Assembly: GCA_043806635.1 (NCBI GenBank)
Contig: JAZDGT010000038.1
Location: 14,641-78,640 of the forward strand
From: Methanobacteriota archaeon
GTDB lineage: Archaea > Thermoplasmatota > E2 > DHVEG-1
DNA: 64,000 nt
Direction of reading: 5' to 3'
The translations under genes were made by a program, and so were the position numbers. The notes beneath the pieces are model-generated. The model ran no database searches and had not been told where the DNA came from. It worked only from the letters and a program-made list of their open reading frames with translations. Positions 9,882 to 20,092 of this stretch are shown here, piece by piece. Position 1 is the first letter of the stretch; each line of letters opens with the position of its first letter.

Positions 9882-10028
9882 GATAGAAACCTGCTTCGGT
9901 CTACCACGAAGTATACTGAGGATCCCCCAGGGGGGCAAACCATTCTGTTATATCTTTGAATCTCTATTTATAATTTAGCATAATTATAAAAAAACAGTTT
10001 TAGAAAAAGAGGATGTCCTCTGTTGTGT

Positions 10029-10571
10029 TCACCATTTTTCGTAGCGGACGATTTCAACCAAGCTCTTCCGCTTCGTCCCTCGAGTCACCGCTTTAATAAT
10101 TTTATTTGTTGTCCCCTTTTTCTCGAGAGGATACCCTAGTGGGGATAACGCGACTACTCTCATTCGTTTGGGAAGCCCTAATATCTCCTTGACTTTTTGT
10201 TCATCGAAACCACCAATCCAGCAGGTCCCGAGCCCAGCATCCGTTGCAGCAAGAACCAAATGCTCCATGGCTATCGCAACATCCACGAGGTAATAATCGA
10301 TGTCGTTCTGGTCTCCACTCTCTGAGGGATCGCCACAAGCGACGATGAGTATTGGTGCGTTTTTCAGCCATCGATTAATGATGCTTGTTTTCGCGAGTTC
10401 CTGAATTGTTTCTGTCTCTGTTACGACAAGAAAACGCCAGCATTGTTTATTCGCCCACGATGGCGCAAGGCGTGCACATTCAAGCACGTACTCAAACTTC
10501 TCCGGTTCAACCTTCTGATCACTAAAGGATCTAATGCTCGTTCGCTCTTTCACCACGTCTCTAAATTCCAT
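10029..10571 (-). CDS. Nitroreductase family protein
   Basis: 180 aa. RTSIRSF near the N-terminus, PSWANKQCWRF, and the C-terminal GxxCWIGGF pattern typical of the FMN nitroreductase fold. Confidence 0.8.
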   Translation of the reverse strand: MEFRDVVKERTSIRSFSDQKVEPEKFEYVLECARLAPSWANKQCWRFLVVTETETIQELAKTSIINRWLKNAPILIVACGDPSESGDQNDIDYYLVDVAIAMEHLVLAATDAGLGTCWIGGFDEQKVKEILGLPKRMRVVALSPLGYPLEKKGTTNKIIKAVTRGTKRKSLVEIVRYEKW

Positions 10572-10713
10572 GAAGACCCATCCAAGATACCAATTTCATT
10601 GGGGGATAAACAATTCTCTGTAATAAAGTATTACGATTCACTACTCCACTATAACGTGTTTATTAAAAAAAGAAAAAAGAGGCAGAGGATTCATTAATGT
10701 ATCTCTGTACTCG

Positions 10714-11058
10714 TTATACGGTTGATATGTAGAGTTCTTTTACGAACGATGAAAATGCTTTATGTTCCTCACCGACGTGTACAGTAGGGAGATGGTCCTG
10801 ATAGACAACTTTCATGGAATCAAAGACTACGACTACCGATGATCCATAATATGACCCATTATACACGACAATACTGTTACCATCAGCTATCGTCTCAACG
10901 GCATATTGGAGAAGACTATGATTTGCGAGAGCATTCGTTTCGACGGATACGCTTGACCGTGATGGCTCAAATGTTACTGCTGATGTTGTCGGTATGAATC
11001 CTATGCATACCATCAGAGCAATAATACCTATTTTATAGTGTGTATTCACCTTGTTCAC
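10714..11058 (-). CDS. Small secreted hypothetical protein
   Basis: N-terminal signal peptide (IGIIALMVCIGFIPTTSA). No recognisable domain. Confidence 0.4.
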   Translation of the reverse strand: MNKVNTHYKIGIIALMVCIGFIPTTSAVTFEPSRSSVSVETNALANHSLLQYAVETIADGNSIVVYNGSYYGSSVVVVFDSMKVVYQDHLPTVHVGEEHKAFSSFVKELYISTV

Positions 11059-11174
11059 CTCTTTTTTTTATTGCTGTGATAGTCTCATCATCCATATAAA
11101 ATTAACTACTGTTAATTTTTGTGTAAACAGAATAACAGAAACAATATTAAGTACTCTTTTTATATAATCAACCT

Positions 11175-12440
11175 GTGTTTCAAATACCCCGAGGAACCAG
11201 AGATTTTATACCTGATGAAATGGAAAAACGTCGGTACATAGAAACCAACATGCGACACACCTTTACGACATTCGGGTACCGCGAAATTCAGACACCCATC
11301 TTTGAACATCTCGAGTTGTTCACCGCGAAATCCGGGGATGCAGTGATTGATGAGATCTACTCTTTTAAGGATAAAGGTGGCCGCGATCTCGCATTACGAC
11401 CAGAATTGACTGCCCCAGTGATACGTTGTTATGTAGAAAAACTCCAGATGGAACCAAAACCACTCAAACTGTATTATTTCGGTAACTGCTTCCGTTATGA
11501 TAGGCCACAAAAAGGAAGATATCGGGAGTTTGAGCAAGCGGGCTGCGAGATCATAGGAACTGATACCGTAGAAGCATATGCGGAACTTGTTGCACTCGCG
11601 TATTCTTTATTAAAGAATGTTGGTGCCCATCACATACAGCTTCGTATCGGAGATTTAACGCTTCTCAGCTCAGTCTTTCATCACCTTGGCATCACCGCTG
11701 AGCAAAAAAAACAACTTATCCCACTGATCGATAAAGCACAGTATGCAGAGTTATCCACACTGTTACAAGAATTCGGTGTTGAACACAAGAAGGCGGATGA
11801 ACTCCTAGATTTTTTACAGACTTCTGATCGGCAGAAGATCCGAAAGGTTATCCAAGGAGACGCTACTGCGGAGACAGAGTTCACCCGATTCGAATCAGTT
11901 CTTGATCTACTCGAGAACAGTTTTCATATTACCGACTATCGAATCACGCTTGGGATCGTGCGCGGTCTTGATTATTATAAAGGACTCGTGTTTGAGATAG
12001 AAGCCCCTGCACTCGGAGCGGAGAAACAACTCTGCGGAGGAGGAGCCTACGAACTAGTAGGATTATTTGGTGGTACTCAAGTACCCACAGCAGGGTTTGC
12101 AATCGGGTTCGACCGCACGATACTCGCATTAGAAACAGAACAATTTCAATTCCCGTCGCACAAGATGAATGTATACATTATCCCTGTAAACGAAGACATG
12201 ATTCCTCTGTCTTTAGAGATTGCTCAAGAACTCCGCCAGAATGGTATCACCGTTGATGTTGACCTGCTCCGAAGAGGAGTAGGAAAAGCATTGAAATACG
12301 CTAATAGTGTTCATGCTCAGAACGCGATTCTTGTCGGCCCAAAAGAACTCGAAAAAAATTCGGTAACCCTACGTGACCTTCAAACCGGGGATCAACAAAT
12401 TGTGAAAAAAACCGAGATCCTGTCAACCCTCAAGAAATAA
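11175..12440 (+). CDS. hisS: Histidine--tRNA ligase
   Basis: GTG start. Class II aaRS motifs PRGTRDF, LRPELT, YFGNCFRYDRPQKGRYREF, GGGAY..L and GFAIGFDR. C-terminal anticodon-binding domain. Confidence 0.92.
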   Translation: MFQIPRGTRDFIPDEMEKRRYIETNMRHTFTTFGYREIQTPIFEHLELFTAKSGDAVIDEIYSFKDKGGRDLALRPELTAPVIRCYVEKLQMEPKPLKLYYFGNCFRYDRPQKGRYREFEQAGCEIIGTDTVEAYAELVALAYSLLKNVGAHHIQLRIGDLTLLSSVFHHLGITAEQKKQLIPLIDKAQYAELSTLLQEFGVEHKKADELLDFLQTSDRQKIRKVIQGDATAETEFTRFESVLDLLENSFHITDYRITLGIVRGLDYYKGLVFEIEAPALGAEKQLCGGGAYELVGLFGGTQVPTAGFAIGFDRTILALETEQFQFPSHKMNVYIIPVNEDMIPLSLEIAQELRQNGITVDVDLLRRGVGKALKYANSVHAQNAILVGPKELEKNSVTLRDLQTGDQQIVKKTEILSTLKK

Positions 12441-12474
12441 AAGACTACACAAGAGTTATAAAGATAGGTTTCAC

Positions 12475-13008
12475 ATGAAAACAAAGACCAAGGTTTTTAT
12501 TATTGATACATCCGCGTTTCTCTCAGGTAAACCACTCAATTTTGGTGACGCATTGCTCGTGACAACACCCGGGGTATCCTCTGAGTTAAAACCCGGGGGA
12601 AGAGATTACCGAGCGTTTGTACTCCAGGAAGAAAAAGGACTCCAGATACAATCCCCCTCAAAAGAATCACTACTCAAAGTAAAAAAAACCGCGGAAGAAT
12701 CTGGAGATATTCAACGATTATCACCCACAGATATCGAATTATTATCCTTGGCAGTCGATTATCAACACAATGAGATGAAAGAAGCGGTGCTCCTCACCGA
12801 CGACTATTCTATTCAAAACGTGGCGCACATCCTTGGTGTAGTTTTTCAAAATCTGAATCAAAAGAAAATAACAAAAAAGTTTAAATGGTTCTGCTGTTGT
12901 CCAGGCTGCGGTAAACAGTTCATCGAAACAACAACCATATGTCCAATCTGTGGAACTACAACGCGGATGGTTCCTCAGCGGAAACAGGATATCAAAAAAC
13001 CGTTGTGA
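12475..13008 (+). CDS. nob1: Nob1-like endonuclease (PIN domain plus zinc ribbon)
   Basis: PIN acidic residues (FIIDTSAF, SPTDIELL, LLTDDYSIQN) followed by CPGCG...CPICG. Confidence 0.75.
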   Translation: MKTKTKVFIIDTSAFLSGKPLNFGDALLVTTPGVSSELKPGGRDYRAFVLQEEKGLQIQSPSKESLLKVKKTAEESGDIQRLSPTDIELLSLAVDYQHNEMKEAVLLTDDYSIQNVAHILGVVFQNLNQKKITKKFKWFCCCPGCGKQFIETTTICPICGTTTRMVPQRKQDIKKPL

Positions 13009-13851
13009 ATGCCCATGAATCTTCAGACCATTAAAACTATGTTTTTGCGATTTTGGCGCAGTGAAAACGAAAAAATAGCGATCCTGCGAGATGTGTTGGT
13101 TGCGTTACTCGCGGTTTTTATTGTGTTACTCGGCCTCTGGACCTATACCGGACAATGGTTCTCCGCACCCATGGTTGCGATTGAATCCGGTAGCATGGAA
13201 CACCCGGATTCAGGGTTTGGACGACTTGGTGTAATCGACGCGGGTGACATGGTTCTCGTCCAGAAAGTGTATCAACAACGAGATCTCATCCCCTATAAAA
13301 ACGCGGAGAATACTAATGACGCGAACGCGTACACCTACAGTAACTGGGGTGACGTCATCATCTATCGCCCATTAGGAAGAACCGATGCCTCACAGATTAT
13401 TCATCGATGCATGTGCTGGGTTGAGGTGTATCAATCAGATGACATCACCACGTACACGATTACCGCGTACGGAATTCATAATTCTACTTCGGTCACGATC
13501 CCTGAATTAGGGTTGTATAATTTTCCGCCTCGGCGGGATTTAGCCTGGACGAACTCTGGGTATCTCACAAAAGGAGACAACAACAACGTCGTGGATCAAG
13601 CAACGAATATCTGCCCTGAACCAGTGAAACTCGAGTGGATCTCAGGGAAAGCACGATCAGAAATCCCCTGGATTGGTACTATCAACCTGTTCTTCGAGGA
13701 TATCCTCCATGGGAGAGACACAGTGAAAAACGTCCACCAGGATAGTCTTATTTGTCTCGCAATCGTGATCACGGTTCTTATTTCTGTACCAATCGTCTGG
13801 GATGTTCACGATTATCTGAAGGATAAGAAAAAAACAAAAATCAACCCTTAG
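13009..13851 (+). CDS. Archaeal signal peptidase I (S26B/Sec11 type)
   Basis: N-terminal TM followed by the catalytic-Ser box ESGSMEHP, KGDNN box, C-terminal TM. TAG stop at 13849-13851. Confidence 0.75.
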   Translation: MPMNLQTIKTMFLRFWRSENEKIAILRDVLVALLAVFIVLLGLWTYTGQWFSAPMVAIESGSMEHPDSGFGRLGVIDAGDMVLVQKVYQQRDLIPYKNAENTNDANAYTYSNWGDVIIYRPLGRTDASQIIHRCMCWVEVYQSDDITTYTITAYGIHNSTSVTIPELGLYNFPPRRDLAWTNSGYLTKGDNNNVVDQATNICPEPVKLEWISGKARSEIPWIGTINLFFEDILHGRDTVKNVHQDSLICLAIVITVLISVPIVWDVHDYLKDKKKTKINP

Positions 13852-13861
13852 AATTTTTTTT

Positions 13862-14569
13862 TTATTTTACTTTGTACCAAGGTGGATAATGATTGTATGG
13901 TACTGGGTCTGGTATTCCTGCTTCCTGAAACCCTTTGAGTCGGAGGAGACAAGAATCGCATCGACCACACGCTTTCTGCTCACCTCGGTAGCATGACCAG
14001 GTGTCTTTAAAAGGAACCTGAAGGCGCATCCCTTGTTTGATAATCTCAGATTTTGTGAGATAGAGTAATGGTGCTTGTATCTTCATGTGTTTTCCTTGTA
14101 CTCCTTTTTTTGTCGCGAGATTCGCGAGATGCTCAAAAGCTTGGAGATATTCAGGACGGCAGTCAGGGTACCCGGAATAATCAACCGCGTTCGCTCCTAT
14201 AAAGATTGTATCCGCATCCCGGGTCTCCGCATACGCAAGCGCCAGCGATAAAAACACGGTATTCCGTGCAGGGACATATGTTGATGGGATATCCTTTCCT
14301 ATCTTATTCTGAGTACGTGTAGGTATTGACTTCGATGATGATGTTAATAGACTCGAGCCACCAAACCGGTATAAATCAACAGGAAAAATAAGGTGTTCTT
14401 TTACGTTGGCTACACGAGCGATTTTTTTTGCACATAAGAGTTCCTTTGTATGATGTTGCCCATACCGGAAAGAAAGTGCGTAGATCTCATAGTGTTGTTC
14501 TCTGGCTAGAAATGTGGTCACACAGGAGTCTAAACCACCGGAAATCAAGACCACTGCCTTTTTAGCCAT
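13862..14569 (-). CDS. queC: 7-cyano-7-deazaguanine synthase
   Basis: PP-loop LISGGLDS and the C-terminal Zn cysteine cluster C..CGRCDSC. Confidence 0.9.
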   Translation of the reverse strand: MAKKAVVLISGGLDSCVTTFLAREQHYEIYALSFRYGQHHTKELLCAKKIARVANVKEHLIFPVDLYRFGGSSLLTSSSKSIPTRTQNKIGKDIPSTYVPARNTVFLSLALAYAETRDADTIFIGANAVDYSGYPDCRPEYLQAFEHLANLATKKGVQGKHMKIQAPLLYLTKSEIIKQGMRLQVPFKDTWSCYRGEQKACGRCDSCLLRLKGFQEAGIPDPVPYNHYPPWYKVK

Positions 14570-14621
14570 ACTATGATCCCCCTTACTATTATTATATTCT
14601 CTATTATAAGAAATGAAAACA

Positions 14622-16082
14622 TCATTTTTTTGTTTTTTTCTTCGCCTGGTAATCCTTTATCGCTTCATGCAGTGCATCTGCTGCTAGGTTCGAACAATGC
14701 ATTTTAATCGAGGGTAACCCATCAAGTTCATCAGCGACATCCTTCCGGGTTATCTTCATTGCTTCCTCCAGTGTTTTTCCTCTTGCAAGCTCTGTGATCA
14801 TACTGCTTGTTGCAATAGCTGCTGCGCAATTATGAACAGCAAATCCTTTTACGAGATAGGAATGATCATCAGAAGAAACTTCATAATTATAGACATCACC
14901 TGTATAGTGAATTTCTTCTATTTTTCTTATAGGGACTAAAAAATATTTTTCTTTTCTAAACACAAAATGATTTTTTTTCTTTATATTTTTAAATGATAAA
15001 AGATACGAGTCTGATCCGTTAATCATTCTCCCTTCAATTTTATGATTTATTCTTTTTCGAATTCTTATTGATGCAAATATCCCATTTCTCGCTAATATCT
15101 GTTGCATTTGAATTGCTAGAGATTTCGACGCAGTTTCTATTCTGTACGTTTTTGAATCTTTAGATCTCCGCTTGTATGCATTTCCATCACCTTTGAAATA
15201 GGTTAAAAAAATCATCCACTGTTTTTTTGGTGGCAATCTCATTAATTCTTCAGATAATTTTTTATGTTTCGCGTTACTGCTACAATAGTGTTTTAGAGTT
15301 TGTACCAATTTTGTTGAACAAACGTAGATCTCGGCAATATTTTTTCGAATCCGTATTGTAGGAGTCTTATCTGTTATTTTTGTTAAAAGTGATTGAAGTT
15401 CATTTATATTGTTTGTTTCATTCTTATGAAACGAAAACGCGACAACTCTGCCCTTTGAAGCAAAATATCCTTCTGAGAGATAATATCCAAGCAGTTTTAA
15501 GAAATCTTCTGATAATGTCGGATTATCTTCAGAATTATTCAATGCTGTAAATATCAAATAATCTCCTTCTCGGAGAATATGTGCATCAACATAGTAAGGA
15601 TCTGTCGCGAGGAGCTCCTTTTTGTTGATTCTTAACCATTCACAGATTGAACTTGATCTACGTGTTTTTTTCAACCATTCTCTTTTAATTGCTAGCACTG
15701 GGTGATTAGGAGTCAGCATAAAAGAGTTGTACGGTGAAATAATTGGAATAATTTTCAATATTTTACCGTCATATTTTCTGACGTATCGTTGTGAAATACC
15801 AACATAATTACCGAATTTATTGATAACTCCTGCTGAAACATCCGAAATTTTTCCCCACGTCCCATCACCTAATACAATCTCTTCATCTTTAGGGAGGCAG
15901 CCGAATGTTTTAAATTTTATATCTACTAAGCGATTATTTTTTACCTTGATGTAAATCGTCATGAGATCCCCGCAGACCGGGTTCCCGACGGTTCCTACCC
16001 CGTCTGCATCCTTGATTTCCCCCATGTTTCTAGGGTTCCGGAAATGATCCATGACTTTTTCACTATAGATTGGACTCATCAT
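14622..16082 (-). CDS. iscU: IscU/NifU-type Fe-S scaffold interrupted by an intein
   Basis: The exteins join as ...GNPVCGDLM...KFKTFG + CAAAIATSSM...KMHCSNLAADAL, which gives the three IscU ligand cysteines. A 357-aa insert lies between them. Confidence 0.85.
   Translation of the reverse strand: MMSPIYSEKVMDHFRNPRNMGEIKDADGVGTVGNPVCGDLMTIYIKVKNNRLVDIKFKTFGCLPKDEEIVLGDGTWGKISDVSAGVINKFGNYVGISQRYVRKYDGKILKIIPIISPYNSFMLTPNHPVLAIKREWLKKTRRSSSICEWLRINKKELLATDPYYVDAHILREGDYLIFTALNNSEDNPTLSEDFLKLLGYYLSEGYFASKGRVVAFSFHKNETNNINELQSLLTKITDKTPTIRIRKNIAEIYVCSTKLVQTLKHYCSSNAKHKKLSEELMRLPPKKQWMIFLTYFKGDGNAYKRRSKDSKTYRIETASKSLAIQMQQILARNGIFASIRIRKRINHKIEGRMINGSDSYLLSFKNIKKKNHFVFRKEKYFLVPIRKIEEIHYTGDVYNYEVSSDDHSYLVKGFAVHNCAAAIATSSMITELARGKTLEEAMKITRKDVADELDGLPSIKMHCSNLAADALHEAIKDYQAKKKTKK
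14829..15899 (-). mobile_element. Intein with a LAGLIDADG homing endonuclease, inserted in iscU
   Basis: Begins CLPKDEEIVLGDG (block A). LTPNHP (block B, TxxH). LLGYYLSEGYF and FLTYFKGDGN (two LAGLIDADG motifs). Ends FAVHN followed by the +1 Cys of CAAAIA. 1071 nt = 357 codons, in frame. Confidence 0.8.
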
Positions 16083-16098
16083 TCACCACCGGTTTTTA

Positions 16099-17268
16099 TT
16101 ATCGATTCCAAAGTGGAGACATCAGACGGAGATGTTGCACGATTTCTGGGAGCACCTTCACCACGTAGGAGACCTCATCTTTGGTATTCCCTCTCCCGAG
16201 GGTGAAACGTAGTGACCCGTGTACTTGTTTTGGGTCAACACCAATCGCGGTCAACACATGGGATCCTTGAAGCTTCTTTGATGAGCATGCTGACCCAGTT
16301 GCCGCAGCGACACCTTTATCATTGAGCATTAATAAGAGTGATTCTCCTTCCACACCAGTGAATCGTACATGGGCGTTATTTGGTAATCGTTTCACCGGGT
16401 GCCCGTTCAAATAACTCTCTTCAATAGGGAGAATGCCTTTGATGAGCTGATCTCGGAGCTGAGTCAAATGTTTGGTATCCTTCTCCATCCTGGTTTGTGC
16501 AAGCTCACAGGCTTTCCCTAATCCGACGATACCTGGGATGTTCTCAGTACTACTCCGCAGTCCTCGCTCATGCCCCCCACCATGAATGAGCGGTTGAATC
16601 TTGACTCCCTCATGAAGAACCAACGCGCCGACTCCTTTCGGACCGTACAGTTTATGAGAAGATAATGATAAGAGATCTATCCCGAGTTTTTGCATATCGA
16701 TCGGGAGTTTTCCTACTGCTTGGACTGCATCCGTGTGGAAGAGGACCTCATGATCTCTTGCGATACGACTAATCTCTTCCACTGGCTCAATCGTCCCAAT
16801 CTCATTATTCGCAAACATGATCGAAATCAGGAACGTGTCTTTCGTAATCGATGCTTCTAACTCTTTCAGATCAACAAAACCTGAGGCATCAACAGGGATG
16901 TACTTCACCTTGAACCCTTGTTTCTCCAGATGTCTACAGGTCTCGAGTACAGCAGGGTGCTCAATTACTGAGGTGAGAATATGTGGCCCTTTTGAGTCCC
17001 GTTTTTCTTTATGCAGATATGCGACACCTTTAATCGCCATGTTATCTGACTCGGTTCCTCCTGCAGTAAAAATGATTTCTTGTTTCCGCGCATGGACGAT
17101 ATGGGCGACCTTCTCTCGGGACGCTTGTAAAGCATCGTATGCTTCTCGCCCGAACATATGCAACGAAGATGCATTCCCAAATATCGTTGAAAAATACGGA
17201 AGCATCGCCTCGACAACCTCCGGGTCAACTGGTGTCGTTGCTGCATGATCCATGTAGATCCGTTTCAT
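16099..17268 (-). CDS. iscS: Cysteine desulfurase (NifS/IscS type)
   Basis: PLP-lysine motif SSHKLYGPKG and active-site loop ATGSACSS. 389 aa. Adjacent to iscU. Confidence 0.9.
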   Translation of the reverse strand: MKRIYMDHAATTPVDPEVVEAMLPYFSTIFGNASSLHMFGREAYDALQASREKVAHIVHARKQEIIFTAGGTESDNMAIKGVAYLHKEKRDSKGPHILTSVIEHPAVLETCRHLEKQGFKVKYIPVDASGFVDLKELEASITKDTFLISIMFANNEIGTIEPVEEISRIARDHEVLFHTDAVQAVGKLPIDMQKLGIDLLSLSSHKLYGPKGVGALVLHEGVKIQPLIHGGGHERGLRSSTENIPGIVGLGKACELAQTRMEKDTKHLTQLRDQLIKGILPIEESYLNGHPVKRLPNNAHVRFTGVEGESLLLMLNDKGVAAATGSACSSKKLQGSHVLTAIGVDPKQVHGSLRFTLGRGNTKDEVSYVVKVLPEIVQHLRLMSPLWNR

Positions 17269-17271
17269 AGT

Positions 17272-18225
17272 TTAATCTCCCCGTCCAATTGCCATCATCC
17301 GCTCTAAAGGCACCGCGGCGTTCTTGATGGTTTCTGGTGACAAAAGAACTTGGGGCTCTAAACTTTCTAAACTCTTATAAACCTTTTCCAACGTAATCTT
17401 CTTCATATTAGGGCAGACCGCGGACTGCACAGGATAAAACTGTTTCCCCGGGTTATCTTTCTGCAACCGGTAACACATCTCCTTCTCCGTACCAATAATA
17501 AACTCTTTCACGGGAGATTGTGCCACATGATGCACCATCCCGCTGGTTGAAAACACGTGATCCGCGACGTCAATAACCTCTGGTCTGCACTCTGGATGGA
17601 CAAGTATCTCAGCAGCAGGATGCTGAGTCTTCAACTGTGATAACTCTTCTTTTTTTATCTTATGATGAGTCGGACAGACACCAGGCCACAAAATCATATC
17701 TTTCTCTTTTATAAATCGCTGAATATACAACCCAAGGTTTTGATCAGGAACAAAAATTACTTTTTTACTCTTAACACTCTGAACGACTTTCACCCCATTC
17801 GCAGACGTGCAACAGATGTCTGAGACGGCTTTCACGTCAGCGGTTGTGTTAATATACGCGACAACCTAAGCACCTGGGTGATCTTTTTTTAGCCCGATTA
17901 GACTTTCAACATCTACCATATCAGCCATCGGGCATTTCGCAGTGATATCAGGGATCACCACGGTCTTCTCCGGGTTCAAGATCTTGGCAGATTCCGCCAT
18001 AAAATCAACACCACAGAAAATAATCACTTTCGCATCAGTTTTCGTCGCTTTCTTTGATAAATCTAAGGAGTCACCAGTAAAATCTGCGATATCTTGCACA
18101 TCAGGGATCTGATAGTTATGAGCAAGAATAACTGCTTGATGTTTCTTTTTCAGTGCTTGGATATTGTTGACGAGTGTTTTTTTCTCCATAGGATGACTCG
18201 AAGAACGTGTATGTAATTTTGCCAT
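17272..18225 (-). pseudogene. nadA: Quinolinate synthase NadA interrupted by one in-frame TAG (17866-17868)
   Basis: The track splits it into 17866..18225 and 17272..17835. Reading through gives ...[35 protein letters not shown]..., collinear with archaeal NadA as recalled (..NAPVVLYVNSTAE..). Cys ligand contexts AKCPMA, GVCPTH and AVCPNM are all intact. Confidence 0.85.
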
Positions 18226-18335
18226 AAATATCGATAGGTGTCATAAAGATTTGCTTTCCCCATCATATATTTTTTTTAAAGCAAATCTATTTATCTACGT
18301 TAGTAAATATCGAGTGTTAAGGATGTGGATAGAGT

Positions 18336-18770
18336 ATGGAGATTCTTACATTCGCTGTAGGGTTTATCTTGGGAGTCGTTGTTGTAGCGTTAGCGATGGA
18401 GTTCGGTTTTAAGAAACCAAGGAAAGAGCCGTCAACACGGTCAACAAAATCATGGAGTCTCGCTGAGCTTCATAACCCGCGTATTCTCGCTGAGTACCTT
18501 GGTGATGTGGATATCCCGAGGAACTCTCGTTTGTTAGTGAATCAATATCACAACAACCGTTTATTTACGGGTGTTGAAGTACGGCAGCATTCTGATATTA
18601 AGGGTAATTTTGTGTTAGGGGATGATCGTGCGCTTATTCTTGCGGGTCCTCTGAAGCGGGATGAGATTGGCGTCTGGACGGTGGAGAAGGATATCTTGGA
18701 GAAACTGGGCGCGTATTTTGAGGCGGCATGGGAGAACGGGACCGAGATTAAACCACCTGAGAAACGTTGA
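18336..18770 (+). CDS. Membrane-anchored hypothetical protein
   Basis: One N-terminal TM (ILTFAVGFILGVVVVALAMEF) followed by a soluble domain of about 115 aa with no motif I recognise. Confidence 0.4.
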   Translation: MEILTFAVGFILGVVVVALAMEFGFKKPRKEPSTRSTKSWSLAELHNPRILAEYLGDVDIPRNSRLLVNQYHNNRLFTGVEVRQHSDIKGNFVLGDDRALILAGPLKRDEIGVWTVEKDILEKLGAYFEAAWENGTEIKPPEKR

Positions 18771-18777
18771 TGCGATT

Positions 18778-20067
18778 ATGAGTATTCTTATTAAAAACGC
18801 TCGTATTATTACCCAGAATAAGAAACGGGAGCAGTTCACTGGTTCATTATATATTGAGGACGACTGTATACATCAGATTTCTCAGAAACCGCTTTCGTTA
18901 GAAGCAGATTATAAGATTGATGGGAAAAATAAACTGGTGTTACCTGGTTTGATTAATACGCATACGCATATTCCGATGACGTTGCTTCGGGGGTACGGGG
19001 ATGATCTGGTGTTGAAGCAATGGCTTGAGGAGTGCATCTGGCCGGTGGAAGCGAAACTTTCGAGTGCTACGGTGAAGGTTGGGACTGCGCTGGGTTTGTT
19101 GGAGATGATTGCTTCGGGGACTACCACTTTTTTGGATATGTATTTTTTTGAGGATGCCATCGGGGAGATAACTAGTCAAGCTGGTGTCCGTGGTTTTCTT
19201 GGGTTCCCCATGATTGATTCTGGGACGCCGGAGTGCTCAGCTGAGCAGCTGTACCCGGAATGTGAACGATTCATTAAGCGTTGGAAGACCCATGAGTTGG
19301 TTCGGCCAGTGGTGGCGCCTCATGCGGCGTACACATGTGGTCCGGAGACGTTGCAGAAAGCACGTGATCTCGCGGTGAAGCATAAGGTGTTGTTGCATAT
19401 TCATTGTTCGGAGACGCGGGAGGAAGTCTATGATGTGCAGAAACGGTATGGGGTTCGACCAGTGGAGCAGTTGAAGAATCAGGGGTTGTTGTGTGAAAAT
19501 ATGGTGCTTGCGCATTGCGGGTGGATCACGAAGAATGAGATCGTTGATATCCAGGATGGGGGTGCATCGGTTTCTCATTGTCCAGTGAGTAATATGAAGA
19601 TTGCGACGGGGGGGTATGCCCCGGTTCCTGAGATGCTCTCTGCGGGTGTACCGGTGGGGTTGGGGACTGATGGCGCGGCGAGTAATAATGTGCTTGATAT
19701 GTTTGATACGATGAAGTTTTGTGCTTTGGTTCATAAGCAGCATCGGTGGGATCCTGAGGTGATGCCTGCGCAGACGGTGCTGGATTGTGCGACTCGTGAT
19801 GGTGCCCGATGTCTCAGGATGCAGAAGGACTTGGGGAGTTTAGAGGAAGGGAAAAAAGCGGATATGATCCTGGTTGATTTGCATACGCCGCATCTCACCC
19901 CGCAGCATGATCTCATGTCTGATCTTGTGTACGCTGCGCGGGGGAGTGACGTGTGTGCAACGATTGTGAATGGGAAACCGTTGTACCTTGAGAACCGGTT
20001 CCTCACCCTGGATTATGAGAAGATCCTTACGGAAGCAGAACAGGTTGCACGGGAGTTAACGAGTTAA
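18778..20067 (+). CDS. mtaD: Amidohydrolase, MtaD/DadD-like 5'-methylthioadenosine/S-adenosylhomocysteine deaminase
   Basis: Starts MSILIKNARII. Metal-binding HTHIPMT motif, HCSET, GTDGAASNN. The track ORF start at 18661 is an upstream run-on overlapping the previous gene. Confidence 0.8.
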   Translation: MSILIKNARIITQNKKREQFTGSLYIEDDCIHQISQKPLSLEADYKIDGKNKLVLPGLINTHTHIPMTLLRGYGDDLVLKQWLEECIWPVEAKLSSATVKVGTALGLLEMIASGTTTFLDMYFFEDAIGEITSQAGVRGFLGFPMIDSGTPECSAEQLYPECERFIKRWKTHELVRPVVAPHAAYTCGPETLQKARDLAVKHKVLLHIHCSETREEVYDVQKRYGVRPVEQLKNQGLLCENMVLAHCGWITKNEIVDIQDGGASVSHCPVSNMKIATGGYAPVPEMLSAGVPVGLGTDGAASNNVLDMFDTMKFCALVHKQHRWDPEVMPAQTVLDCATRDGARCLRMQKDLGSLEEGKKADMILVDLHTPHLTPQHDLMSDLVYAARGSDVCATIVNGKPLYLENRFLTLDYEKILTEAEQVARELTS

Positions 20068-20092
20068 CTATGGTACCAATGGTGAGTCTGCT

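Noticed and set aside
17866-17868. Pyrrolysine or general TAG reassignment as the explanation for the in-frame TAG in nadA.
   Set aside because: TAG terminates at least three neighbouring well-supported genes (13849-13851, 23343-23345, 24369-24371) exactly where homologues end. No pyl genes are visible in the window. Read-through remains possible, but reassignment is unlikely.
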